The position numbers were made by a program, and so were the translations under genes. Under the pieces are notes generated by a model, which saw only the letters and a list, made by a program, of their open reading frames with translations, was not told where the DNA came from and searched no databases. Of a stretch of DNA of 64,000 bases, positions 1-9,058 are shown in pieces. The DNA is from Candidatus Ancaeobacter aquaticus (lineage in GTDB: Bacteria > Auribacterota > Ancaeobacteria > Ancaeobacterales > Ancaeobacteraceae), in contig JAVCCP010000071.1 of the NCBI GenBank assembly GCA_030765405.1, positions 8,615 through 72,614 on the forward strand, in the 5' to 3' direction. Position 1 is the first letter of the stretch. Every line of letters starts with the position of its first letter.

Positions 1-1587
1 TGTTATAATAAATCCCATAATTCTCTGATAGATAGGAAGTTCTTTAGAATAATTTTCAAAATCCCATCTGATACTGTTTTCAATATTTATTATTCCCCTC
101 TTTTTAAAATATTCATAATCAGGCACAACAACAGCATGTATCTGGACATGTTCCCCTTTTTCAATATCAACAACACATATTTCCTTAATAAAGTGTGACT
201 GTTTGTAATGCGATTCAATTTCGTCCGGATATATATTTTTCCCAGAATCAAGAACCATAACCTCTTTTAATCTGCCGGTAATATAAACAAACCCATCACC
301 ATCAATAAAACCTTCATCCCCTGTACAAAACCATCCATCTTCTATCACAGCCTGCGCCTCATCCGGGCGATTATAATAGCCCTCCATTACATTTGGTCCT
401 TTTACAAGTATTTCACCTTTTCCTTCCTTATCAGGCTTATCTATAGATACTTCTACTCCCGGAATAATTTTCCCTACAGAACCGATCTTATATGTATCCA
501 GTGTATTTATTGTAACTACCGGACTTGTTTCTGTAAGACCATATCCCTCTAAAACAGTAAATCCTAATGCAAAAAAATACTCCGTTATTGATGGATCTAA
601 TCGCGCACCGCCACACGCAATAAAACGAAGTTTTTCACCAAATGCACAGTGCAATTTTTTTAGACATATCTTAGAGGTATTCATCCGTGTTTTGCACCGC
701 AAAAACCAGCCACTTTTTACGGTAAGCTTCAATAGCTCTTTTCTTATACCCTTTATACTGCCCATCCTTTTTTCAATACCTTTTTGAAACATTGATAATA
801 TGTGCGGAACAAGCGTAAGGATTGTTACTTCTTTTTCGTTCATACACTGAATAATCTTTTCTGGATCAAAGTGTTTTATGTATATGATACGTGCACCACA
901 GATAATAGGAACTAATAAGTTGCACATAAAAGGAAATGAGTGGTGAAGCGGTAAGATTGATAAGATAATATCGTTTTTAGTAATAAGGTTTAATGTTTGT
1001 ATCGAAGATAGATTTGAAGAAAAGTTTTTGTGTGTCAGCACAACACCTTTTGGTCTACCTACAGTTCCTGATGTGTAAATAATTGACGCAGAGTCTTCGA
1101 CTCTACCACCTTCGGGGGGTCTCCTATTGTCCATAGGACTCTTGAAAACTGTTTCTAGTGAAACATATGCAGTATCTTTATCAGAAGCATCTATAATGAT
1201 GACCTTTTGTACTGAAGATGCTTTTTTTACTCCCGTCAACAACCTACGTGTACAAAAAACATACCTGGCGCAACAATCGTTAATAATTGCTTCTATTTCA
1301 ATATCAGATGATTGTGAATCTATAGGGACAGCGATACCACCTGCTTTAAGAATGCCAAAATAAATCATTGGCCACTCAGGCATATTCTCTAAGATAAGGG
1401 CAACTCGATCGCTTTTTCGCAGACCAGAATCGGTTAGAAATGAAGATATCTTGCTAATATTCTCGTATAATACCGCGTAGGTATATGAACGATATCCAGA
1501 TTCATTTTTAGCTTCTATAATTATTTTGTCAGGATTATTTTCTACTGTTTCTTTTAATTTTTTGTGCAATAAAAAAGCATTGTTCAT
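1..1587 (-). CDS. Long-chain acyl-CoA synthetase / AMP-dependent ligase. The 3' end runs off the window and the gene is absent from the supplied ORF track.
   Basis: My own translation of the minus strand from the ATG at 1587-1585 gives MNNAFLLHKKLKETVENNPDK... It contains the AMP-binding box IYTSGTVGRPKGVVLTHKNF, then EGYGLTETSP and TGDEGFIDGDGFVYITGRLKE. The frame stays open to base 1. Confidence 0.85.
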   Translation of the reverse strand, partial: MNNAFLLHKKLKETVENNPDKIIIEAKNESGYRSYTYAVLYENISKISSFLTDSGLRKSDRVALILENMPEWPMIYFGILKAGGIAVPIDSQSSDIEIEAIINDCCARYVFCTRRLLTGVKKASSVQKVIIIDASDKDTAYVSLETVFKSPMDNRRPPEGGRVEDSASIIYTSGTVGRPKGVVLTHKNFSSNLSSIQTLNLITKNDIILSILPLHHSFPFMCNLLVPIICGARIIYIKHFDPEKIIQCMNEKEVTILTLVPHILSMFQKGIEKRMGSIKGIRKELLKLTVKSGWFLRCKTRMNTSKICLKKLHCAFGEKLRFIACGGARLDPSITEYFFALGFTVLEGYGLTETSPVVTINTLDTYKIGSVGKIIPGVEVSIDKPDKEGKGEILVKGPNVMEGYYNRPDEAQAVIEDGWFCTGDEGFIDGDGFVYITGRLKEVMVLDSGKNIYPDEIESHYKQSHFIKEICVVDIEKGEHVQIHAVVVPDYEYFKKRGIINIENSIRWDFENYSKELPIYQRIMGFIIT

Positions 1588-1594
1588 ATATGTC

Positions 1595-2422
1595 TCACTG
1601 TTTCATTAACATATATATTATTATTATCAGACCAACAGACCAGCAGTAAAACGAGAAATAATAGAGTTTATATGCCCGCACCAATTTAAGAAGCAATACC
1701 AGTGAACAGTACCCTGCTATTATTGAGACAAAAAAACCAATGAGAACATATCCAATATCGGTAGAGGAAAAACTGACGACATCTTTACACTGAACAAGCG
1801 TTGCACCAATTATTGCGGGAATAGATATAAGAAAAGAGAACTTTGCGGCCTTAACCGGATCGATCCCTCTATAGATACCCGTTGATATTGTAATACCTGA
1901 GCGTGATATACCCGGGCATATCGCGCATCCCTGCACGATACCCAGCAGAATAACATCTATTATGTTTATTTCTTTTTTCTCTCTATGTAAATAATACTTC
2001 GTAAAAAACAGGATACCCCCGGTAATGAGCAAAAAGAACCCTACCATACCTATTGAACCAAACAATGATTCAAACCAGTCTTTCAATAAAATGCCCATTA
2101 TTCCCGTTGGTATCGTCGCAATAATGATATATATCCCCATTCTGAATGTGGAACTCTCTTTATACACATTTTTATTCCCTCTCAGAATGTCAACTGCACC
2201 TTTTATGAATCCAATAGTAATGTCGCAGACATCTTTCCATAAGAATAAAAGGACGGCGATTAATGTACCCACATGCAAAACAATATCAACAAAAAGTTGA
2301 GGTTCTTCAAAACCAAACAGATTATGGGTAATGACAAGATGCCCCGAGCTTGATACAGGCAAAAACTCTGTTACACCCTGCACCACACCAAGAATCACAT
2401 TATAAAGTATTTTTTCCCACAT
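1595..2422 (-). CDS. uppP: Undecaprenyl-diphosphate phosphatase (BacA/UppP)
   Basis: Polytopic 275-aa protein. The N-terminus VQGVTEFLPVSSSGHL and the later PGISRSGITI motif are typical of UppP. Confidence 0.9.
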   Translation of the reverse strand: MWEKILYNVILGVVQGVTEFLPVSSSGHLVITHNLFGFEEPQLFVDIVLHVGTLIAVLLFLWKDVCDITIGFIKGAVDILRGNKNVYKESSTFRMGIYIIIATIPTGIMGILLKDWFESLFGSIGMVGFFLLITGGILFFTKYYLHREKKEINIIDVILLGIVQGCAICPGISRSGITISTGIYRGIDPVKAAKFSFLISIPAIIGATLVQCKDVVSFSSTDIGYVLIGFFVSIIAGYCSLVLLLKLVRAYKLYYFSFYCWSVGLIIIIYMLMKQ

Positions 2423-2459
2423 AATTGCCTCATACCTTCAGCTATAGTATTATTCATTA

Positions 2460-4760
2460 TCATTTCTTGTTTCTACGTATTTCACTCAACAAATCCTCTA
2501 AATTATTTACAGAATCTTTCTTATTCATATCAATATAAATAGTTTTCTCTCTTAATTTTGGTTCCACCCTGATAACCATAGGTTCTAAAAGCGGTATATC
2601 AACGGTATTTATTGCACCGCTTTTATCGACGTAACGTGCAATATTCCCAAGGATACATCTGTTTGAATAGTGTGAATTCCTGAGATCTTGAAGCACTATT
2701 GGTTCCTCACCGAGACGCTTCTGAGAAATCAGTTCATTGGGTAAAATAGTTTTTATATCAGATGATTTTATGCCGATCAGCGCGACACATTGCCATTTAC
2801 CAACTTGGGTAACCACAACAACATTATTGGGGAACACCCTCAGAAATGTCCTTGCTATAAGCTCAAATGATTCTCTATCATGCTGATACAAAGGAATCCA
2901 CTGGCAAAAGAGCCCGTCTTTATTCAAATGATCTCTAATATTCACAAAATGTTCATATGTATATAATCTATAGGCACCCTGATTCCATGCAAAAAACAGA
3001 TCTCCTATAATGACATCATATCTTTCTTTTGCAGTACCAAAGTAATGCACTCCATCATCTTGTACTATGGTTACTCGCGGGTCTTTATAAAAATAATTTG
3101 ATAATGGACCAAAGTATTCTAGTGATGCATCAATAACTAAAGGGTTCATCTCTACAACTGTTATTGATTCTACCGCGTCATGTTCCTGTGCCCCACTCGC
3201 AGTCATCCCTGTTGCAAGACCGATATAGGCAATATCACGGGGATTTTCATGCATCAAAAGCGGAATATGACTCATCAATCTATTCCACTGAGGATATTTT
3301 CCGGAAGATAACGTAAAGTTATTGTTAACAGTCATAATAATGTTTTTTCCGCGTAATTGTTTCACGCATACCACACCGGAAGGACCAACCTTGAGGTTAA
3401 TAAGGGTTGCATCATCCCCGAGTCTTACGTGGGGTATAGTAATACTCAAAAACATAACAAAACACGCGCATATCACCGCGCCCCATACCCACGCACACCA
3501 CGTGCTTGATCCTCTTTTCATTTTGGTCATCATGAGTATCCACACCACTAAAGGGACTACCCCAAGAAGCACGCATGATCTCCATATGCCAAAACGCGGT
3601 AACAGAACAAACTGGACCAATAACGCACCAATAACGGCACAGAGCGCATTTATTGACAATAACCATCCTATGATCTTTATCCCTTTCTTTTCATAATTCT
3701 TCGCTTGATCCAATAGCCAGGGAAATATGAGACCACACGTAAAAAGAACCGGACCGGCACTTACAAGACCAACAATAAGCATATAGGTAAGATATACCTC
3801 TAATCTGCCGGTAGAAATTGATATCATTTTCAATCCATTCGTAGCTTTATAAAAAAGTAATGGAAACACGCACAATGTACCGGCAATCAAAGGCACAATA
3901 AAAAGCAGTGTCTTTTTGCGTGAATATCGCCCAAAAGAAGAGATAAGCGCCGCAAATCCTAAAATCGCAATTACTTGAATGAGTATAATACCAAATGACC
4001 ACGAACTGTTATGCCCCACTTGTGCACATGCGTGGAGCATTACCACCTCAAATCCGATAACAACAAGTCCGCTCATTCCGGCTAGGGTATATAAAATTGT
4101 TTTTTCAATATGATCCTTGTCTTCTCTATGAACATTTTCGAGAGAGGTATATCTATTAATATCCCGTTTAGAAAAAATATGGAGTATAAACGCGCTTATT
4201 CCTAAAAGCACACTGAGTGCCATAACCTGCTGTAATGTCCCGCTGACACCGAAGGAATATATAGCATAAAAAGTTACGCTTATTATGCCTACTACACCGC
4301 CGAGCGTGTTTCCTCCGTAGAGTACGGAGACTTTACCTTTAAACTGGATGTTTCTTATCGCTTCTATGAGTGCAAGTAAAGTACCTCCCATAAAAAATGT
4401 GGGGATTCCAACAAATGCACCGACGACTACTATCTTTACCGACGTTTCTGTTCCGAAGAAAGAGGACTCAAATAATGGATAAAGATTATAACAGGCTGCA
4501 AACAATGTTGGCAGCATGGTAAGCGCTATGGCAAGCTCTAAAAGCGCATACGAAAGCCACGGTGACTTCTGTAAAAGACTCCATAAACGAATGCTAGCGG
4601 CACCTAATGATAATGCAACAAAGAAGACAACAATAACCAGGGTAGAATTAAAGACTGATACGCCAAATATATTTGCAAAAACACGATTCCATAACGTTTC
4701 ATAAGCTAACGCTGCAGCTCCGGATAAGATTGCTAATATAAATGCCCAGATAAAATTCAT
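2460..4760 (-). CDS. Fused polytopic membrane domain plus spermidine synthase-like (aminopropyl/methyltransferase fold) protein
   Basis: 766 aa. About 450 aa of transmembrane helices are followed by a spermidine-synthase-like region (IAYIGLATGMTA...VVEMNP...YDVIIGDLF). Confidence 0.7.
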   Translation of the reverse strand: MNFIWAFILAILSGAAALAYETLWNRVFANIFGVSVFNSTLVIVVFFVALSLGAASIRLWSLLQKSPWLSYALLELAIALTMLPTLFAACYNLYPLFESSFFGTETSVKIVVVGAFVGIPTFFMGGTLLALIEAIRNIQFKGKVSVLYGGNTLGGVVGIISVTFYAIYSFGVSGTLQQVMALSVLLGISAFILHIFSKRDINRYTSLENVHREDKDHIEKTILYTLAGMSGLVVIGFEVVMLHACAQVGHNSSWSFGIILIQVIAILGFAALISSFGRYSRKKTLLFIVPLIAGTLCVFPLLFYKATNGLKMISISTGRLEVYLTYMLIVGLVSAGPVLFTCGLIFPWLLDQAKNYEKKGIKIIGWLLSINALCAVIGALLVQFVLLPRFGIWRSCVLLGVVPLVVWILMMTKMKRGSSTWCAWVWGAVICACFVMFLSITIPHVRLGDDATLINLKVGPSGVVCVKQLRGKNIIMTVNNNFTLSSGKYPQWNRLMSHIPLLMHENPRDIAYIGLATGMTASGAQEHDAVESITVVEMNPLVIDASLEYFGPLSNYFYKDPRVTIVQDDGVHYFGTAKERYDVIIGDLFFAWNQGAYRLYTYEHFVNIRDHLNKDGLFCQWIPLYQHDRESFELIARTFLRVFPNNVVVVTQVGKWQCVALIGIKSSDIKTILPNELISQKRLGEEPIVLQDLRNSHYSNRCILGNIARYVDKSGAINTVDIPLLEPMVIRVEPKLREKTIYIDMNKKDSVNNLEDLLSEIRRNKK

Positions 4761-4839
4761 ATAAACCTTTAACTTTGGTTGCGTTTTTACATGAATTATC
4801 TTATAAATAGAGTTGATTCGCTACCATTAATTACATTTT

Positions 4840-5517
4840 ATGAAAAAATATATAATAACCCTACTCTCTTGCATTTTTATTTATACTGTGTGCATACCTG
4901 TCATATTTGCTCACGCACAATTTAAGCTTACAAAAAAAGAGTTTAAAGAAATAAAAGACGGAAAAATTATCCTTAAGGAAACACACCCTCATTATCTCAA
5001 AAAATATTCTAATACTCCATGGGTTGCAGTCACTTTCTTTGAAAGAACTCCTATTGAAATTGCAGGTGTCATACTTGATTTTCATAAATACACAAAAATG
5101 TTCGCGAAAGTAAAAGACCTAACAGTAAAACCCATGGGGCAGTCACGATACCGCCTTATATATACGGTGAAATCAGGGTTTTTCACGTTTTATTATACGA
5201 TCATTATGACCTATGATAAGAAACAAAACCTTATCTGGTGGGATCTTGATCCAAAAGAAAAGAACGATTTTAAAACATACAAAGGATATTGGAAGTTCAT
5301 CCAAAGAGATAAAGGTACCGTTGCAATATACTCAATATCCCCTATCGCAAAAATAGCCGTCCCTGATTTTTTACAGGAAAACGGTTCTCGTAACGAAATG
5401 CCAAAAACGGTACAGGAAATTAAAGACTGGATTAAAAATAAGGGGCAGGAAAAAACTTCCCACCCCTCAATTCAATTAGAAACACCTTTTGAGAAAGATT
5501 CTACGAGCAATTGGTAA
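4840..5517 (+). CDS. Secreted hypothetical protein, possibly SRPBCC/START-like fold
   Basis: N-terminal signal-like helix (LLSCIFIYTVCIPVIFAHA). Size and beta-rich pattern resemble polyketide-cyclase/SRPBCC proteins, but there is no diagnostic motif. Confidence 0.4.
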   Translation: MKKYIITLLSCIFIYTVCIPVIFAHAQFKLTKKEFKEIKDGKIILKETHPHYLKKYSNTPWVAVTFFERTPIEIAGVILDFHKYTKMFAKVKDLTVKPMGQSRYRLIYTVKSGFFTFYYTIIMTYDKKQNLIWWDLDPKEKNDFKTYKGYWKFIQRDKGTVAIYSISPIAKIAVPDFLQENGSRNEMPKTVQEIKDWIKNKGQEKTSHPSIQLETPFEKDSTSNW

Positions 5518-5609
5518 CCATTCTTTAGCATATATTCGTTTCAAAGCAGCATTATTAACCGTTATACCAAACACTTACATAGCGCATGTATTGTTTTTTA
5601 TTTTACCCC

Positions 5610-5638
5610 TTGACATCTAAGGTTATATATATTAAATT
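5610..5638 (+). promoter_or_regulatory. Possible sigma70-type promoter of the TetR-efflux operon
   Basis: Perfect TTGACA at 5610-5615 and TAAATT at 5633-5638 (17-nt spacer), about 55 nt upstream of the tetR-like ATG. The -10 is weak. Confidence 0.3.
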
Positions 5639-5691
5639 AATATTTAAAATGATCGTTTAAAATAGTTATTTTATGTTTTGGAGATGTTTTT

Positions 5692-6351
5692 ATGACTGAT
5701 AACATTGATACTAAAGAAAATACACGGTTACGTGTTCTCAAGAGCGCCTGCGACATCTTCGCTGAAAAGGGCTATGACAACACAACCGTGCAAGAAATAT
5801 GTGAAAAAGCCGGAGCAAATGTTGCTTCAGTAAATTATTATTTTCGAAATAAAGAAACACTGTACGAGGAAACGTGGAACCACGCATATACTCTTGCAAA
5901 CAGCGCCTATCCACCATTTCTTGAAGAAGAAAAAGATATTTCTCCAGAAAAACGTCTCCACACATACATTAATGCTATGATACGGAGGACACTCGATGGT
6001 GGCGAGGCAAGCTATTTCTCAAAATTCATGATAAAAGAGCTCGCAAAACCAACACCAGCTCTCAAACACATTGTTGAAAAAATTCTTCTTCCCCAAACTG
6101 TATACATTGAGAAAATAATAAAAGACCTTCTCGGCCCAAAAGCAACCGATACACAAGTCAGGTTATGTTTAATGAATATAATCAGCCCACATGTGCTTTT
6201 TTCGTGCAATACCCCTATACGAAATATTATTCAATCAAAACAATCCCCGCTTCTGCCCGATACAAAATATCTTGTAGAACATATCGTTACATTTGTCCTG
6301 GCGGGAATTAATGATCTAAAAAAACGCATTGAGGAAAATGATCATGAATAA
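5692..6351 (+). CDS. TetR/AcrR family transcriptional regulator
   Basis: N-terminal HTH region RLRVLKSACDIFAEKGYDNTTVQEICEKAGANVASVNYYFRNKETLY. It is the first gene of an efflux operon. Confidence 0.85.
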   Translation: MTDNIDTKENTRLRVLKSACDIFAEKGYDNTTVQEICEKAGANVASVNYYFRNKETLYEETWNHAYTLANSAYPPFLEEEKDISPEKRLHTYINAMIRRTLDGGEASYFSKFMIKELAKPTPALKHIVEKILLPQTVYIEKIIKDLLGPKATDTQVRLCLMNIISPHVLFSCNTPIRNIIQSKQSPLLPDTKYLVEHIVTFVLAGINDLKKRIEENDHE

Positions 6352-7822
6352 AAATACTATACAAGTAACACTACTCATCACTAGTTTAATGATATTTTCC
6401 TCGTCTTGCACATTTTTACCAAAAATAAAAAAACCTCCTGAGGGGAAAATATCCGAAGCATTTACTGAAAGTGACAGCAAAGTAAAAATGCCCGATCAGT
6501 GGTGGACTTCATTTGAAAATAATGATTTGAATGCTCTTATGGGAAAAGCTTTTGTAGGCAACCTTTCACTTAAAGAAACCTTTTATCGCCTTAAACAGGC
6601 AAAGGCGCGTGCAGTTATTGCCGGTTCTGAACTGTTTCCGCAAATCAATGCTACGGGCAATGCAAGCAGAAACCGCACGATGAGAGAGAATGTCACAACT
6701 AATACAACAACCTGGGGAACTCAACATAGAAAGATCTCGACCACTATTCAGGACTGGGCGGTGGGTATCGCGGCAAGTTATGAAGTCGATCTCTGGGGAC
6801 GGATTCGTTCCGGACGAAGTGCAGCTATATTTGAGGAGATGGCATCTGAAAAAGATCTTGAGACATCGGCATTCAGTCTTTCTGCTGAAATCACTGACCG
6901 ATGGATCAGAATACTCGAACAACGTGCTCAAAAAAGACTATTACATGAGCAGCTTAAAACCAATAAATCGTATCTGGAACTCGTCGAACTACGATACAAA
7001 AAAGCAATTGTCTCATCGCTTGACGTCTACCAGCAAAAACAAACCGTTGAATCTATACGCCAGCAGATTCCGCTTGTTGAAGCGCAGGAACAGGTTTTAC
7101 TACATGAACTAGCGGTACTCTTAGGAAAACTTCCTCGGACAAACATGGATATAACAGAAAAATCTCTTCCCCATCTTCCGGCACTGCCTGAGACAGGGAT
7201 TCCCGCTGATCTCTTACAAAACCGCCCTGATGTAAAAGCCGCATTTTTGAGACTGCAGGAATCTCGCTGGAATGTATCAGGGGCTATCGCAAACAGATTG
7301 CCCGCTATTAATCTTACAGGGGCAGCATCGTATGATACTGAAGGTATTGAAGATCTTTTTGATAACTGGTTTTTTAATCTCGGATCAAGCCTCGCAATGC
7401 CGCTTGTCGATGGATTTAAGCGTAAAGCAGAGGTCGAGCGCACCAAAGCGGTTATGAATGAATATTTAAACGCGTACAGAAGAACGGTCCTTAACGCAAT
7501 AAAAGAAGTTGAAGACGCATTAATACGCGAGAAAAAACAGATTGAGCACATTGATTCATTAAAAGATCAGATAGATGCCGCACGCAAGGGTCTGGAAGTT
7601 GCCGGTGAAAGATACTTAAAAGGCGTTAGCGACTATCTTCCTGTGCTCACCCAGCTCTCTGCGGTCCAAAGACTGGAAAGAGATATGATCACCAGTCACA
7701 GAAATCTACTCGTATATCGTGTAAATCTTTATCGGGCGCTCGGAGGTACCTGGACTGACAATATAGAACAAAAACTAGAACATGAAACTGAAACAGCTAC
7801 GGCTAAAAATGTGAGGAAATAA
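6329..7822 (+). CDS. RND efflux outer-membrane factor lipoprotein (NodT/TolC family)
   Basis: Signal peptide with lipobox (IFSSSC), two TolC-like repeats, and the C-terminal motif LYRALGGTW. It overlaps tetR by 23 nt; the real start may be the ATG at 6344 (MNKNT...). Confidence 0.85.
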   Translation: MRKMIMNKNTIQVTLLITSLMIFSSSCTFLPKIKKPPEGKISEAFTESDSKVKMPDQWWTSFENNDLNALMGKAFVGNLSLKETFYRLKQAKARAVIAGSELFPQINATGNASRNRTMRENVTTNTTTWGTQHRKISTTIQDWAVGIAASYEVDLWGRIRSGRSAAIFEEMASEKDLETSAFSLSAEITDRWIRILEQRAQKRLLHEQLKTNKSYLELVELRYKKAIVSSLDVYQQKQTVESIRQQIPLVEAQEQVLLHELAVLLGKLPRTNMDITEKSLPHLPALPETGIPADLLQNRPDVKAAFLRLQESRWNVSGAIANRLPAINLTGAASYDTEGIEDLFDNWFFNLGSSLAMPLVDGFKRKAEVERTKAVMNEYLNAYRRTVLNAIKEVEDALIREKKQIEHIDSLKDQIDAARKGLEVAGERYLKGVSDYLPVLTQLSAVQRLERDMITSHRNLLVYRVNLYRALGGTWTDNIEQKLEHETETATAKNVRK

Positions 7823-7824
7823 CC

Positions 7825-9036
7825 ATGGAATCACATAATACTCAAACACCTTCTAACGATAGAAAACGGAGTTTTTTACCGGTCATTATAATTGGCATCG
7901 GCGTCGCACTTGCCGCTATAATTATACTGACTAAACCGGTTGAAAAACAAAGAAAATTTGAACAGGTGCCTGTTCTTGTTCAAGTTGAACCTTTGAAGAG
8001 TTCTTCCGAACTCATAACTGTAAGAGCAATGGGGACAGTGATACCCGCTCAGGAAATCGTCTTAAAACCGCGGGTAAGCGGTGAAGTACTAGAAATTTCC
8101 CCTCATTTTATTCCCGGTGGCAGATTTAAAACAGGAGAGCTTATTTTACAAATAGATCCTGCAGACTACAAACTCATTGAAGAACAAAAAGAGGCTGAAG
8201 TTGCACGAGCGCAATATGATTATAAAATGGAACTCGGACAGCAGGAAATAGCAAAACATGAATGGGGTATGATTGAAACAAGTAAAGATCAAAACGAACT
8301 TGACCAGGAACTTGTACTTAGAAAACCGCATCTCAAAAAAGCAAAGGCCTCACTAGGCGCAGCACAAGCGTCTTTAGAGCGTGCTGACCTCGACCTCAAA
8401 AGAACTTCAGTAACCGCTCCTTTTAATTGTGTTGTACGCTCAAAAAACGTAGATCTCGGGGCACAGGTTGACCCGCAAACACAACTGGCGACACTTATTG
8501 GAACTGACGAGTACTGGGTACAGGTCTCAATACCGGTAAGCAGACTCAAGTGGCTTACGTTACCGACAAACATACATAAAACAGGGTCCAGCACTGTTAT
8601 ACAATTATCAGCCGAAGACAACAGAGAAAACGAATGGGAAGGACACATCGTTGGAAGAAACAGCGAACTTGAGACACAGGGAAGAATGGCACAGGTCTTG
8701 GTTTCCGTAAAAGACCCTCTTGACCTTGATCACACTGCGGGTCCAAAGATACCGCTTCTTATCGGTTCGTATGTAAATGTTCAGATCGAAGGAAAAACAA
8801 TAGATGCCGTATACACAATACCGCGAAGCGCCCTGCGTGATGGAAACAAAATCTGGATTGTTGGAAGTGACAATACGTTGCTCATTAAAAAAGTTGCAAT
8901 AGTCTGGCGAGAAGAAGATCAAGTGTACGTCAAAAACAATATAACCAACGGCGATTTGCTCGTAACAAGCAATATTCCTATACCGGTCGCGGGGATAAAA
9001 CTTGAAATCGAGGATAAAAACGAATCTGTAAAATAA
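7825..9036 (+). CDS. RND efflux periplasmic adaptor (membrane fusion protein, HlyD/AcrA family)
   Basis: Single N-terminal transmembrane helix, coiled-coil hairpin and beta-barrel region (VTAPFNCVV...). It sits between the OMF and RND genes. Confidence 0.85.
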   Translation: MESHNTQTPSNDRKRSFLPVIIIGIGVALAAIIILTKPVEKQRKFEQVPVLVQVEPLKSSSELITVRAMGTVIPAQEIVLKPRVSGEVLEISPHFIPGGRFKTGELILQIDPADYKLIEEQKEAEVARAQYDYKMELGQQEIAKHEWGMIETSKDQNELDQELVLRKPHLKKAKASLGAAQASLERADLDLKRTSVTAPFNCVVRSKNVDLGAQVDPQTQLATLIGTDEYWVQVSIPVSRLKWLTLPTNIHKTGSSTVIQLSAEDNRENEWEGHIVGRNSELETQGRMAQVLVSVKDPLDLDHTAGPKIPLLIGSYVNVQIEGKTIDAVYTIPRSALRDGNKIWIVGSDNTLLIKKVAIVWREEDQVYVKNNITNGDLLVTSNIPIPVAGIKLEIEDKNESVK

Positions 9037-9058
9037 CACATACAAGGCAGATAAACAT

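Noticed and set aside
1127-4704. Short ORFs listed inside or antisense to the acyl-CoA synthetase, uppP and membrane/spermidine-synthase genes (e.g. 1127-1363, 2025-2300, 3322-3696, 3412-3666, 4516-4704)
   Set aside because: They are fully nested in longer ORFs with clear family motifs and have odd composition. The same reasoning applies to nested ORFs in the RND, smc, cyclase and other long genes throughout the track.
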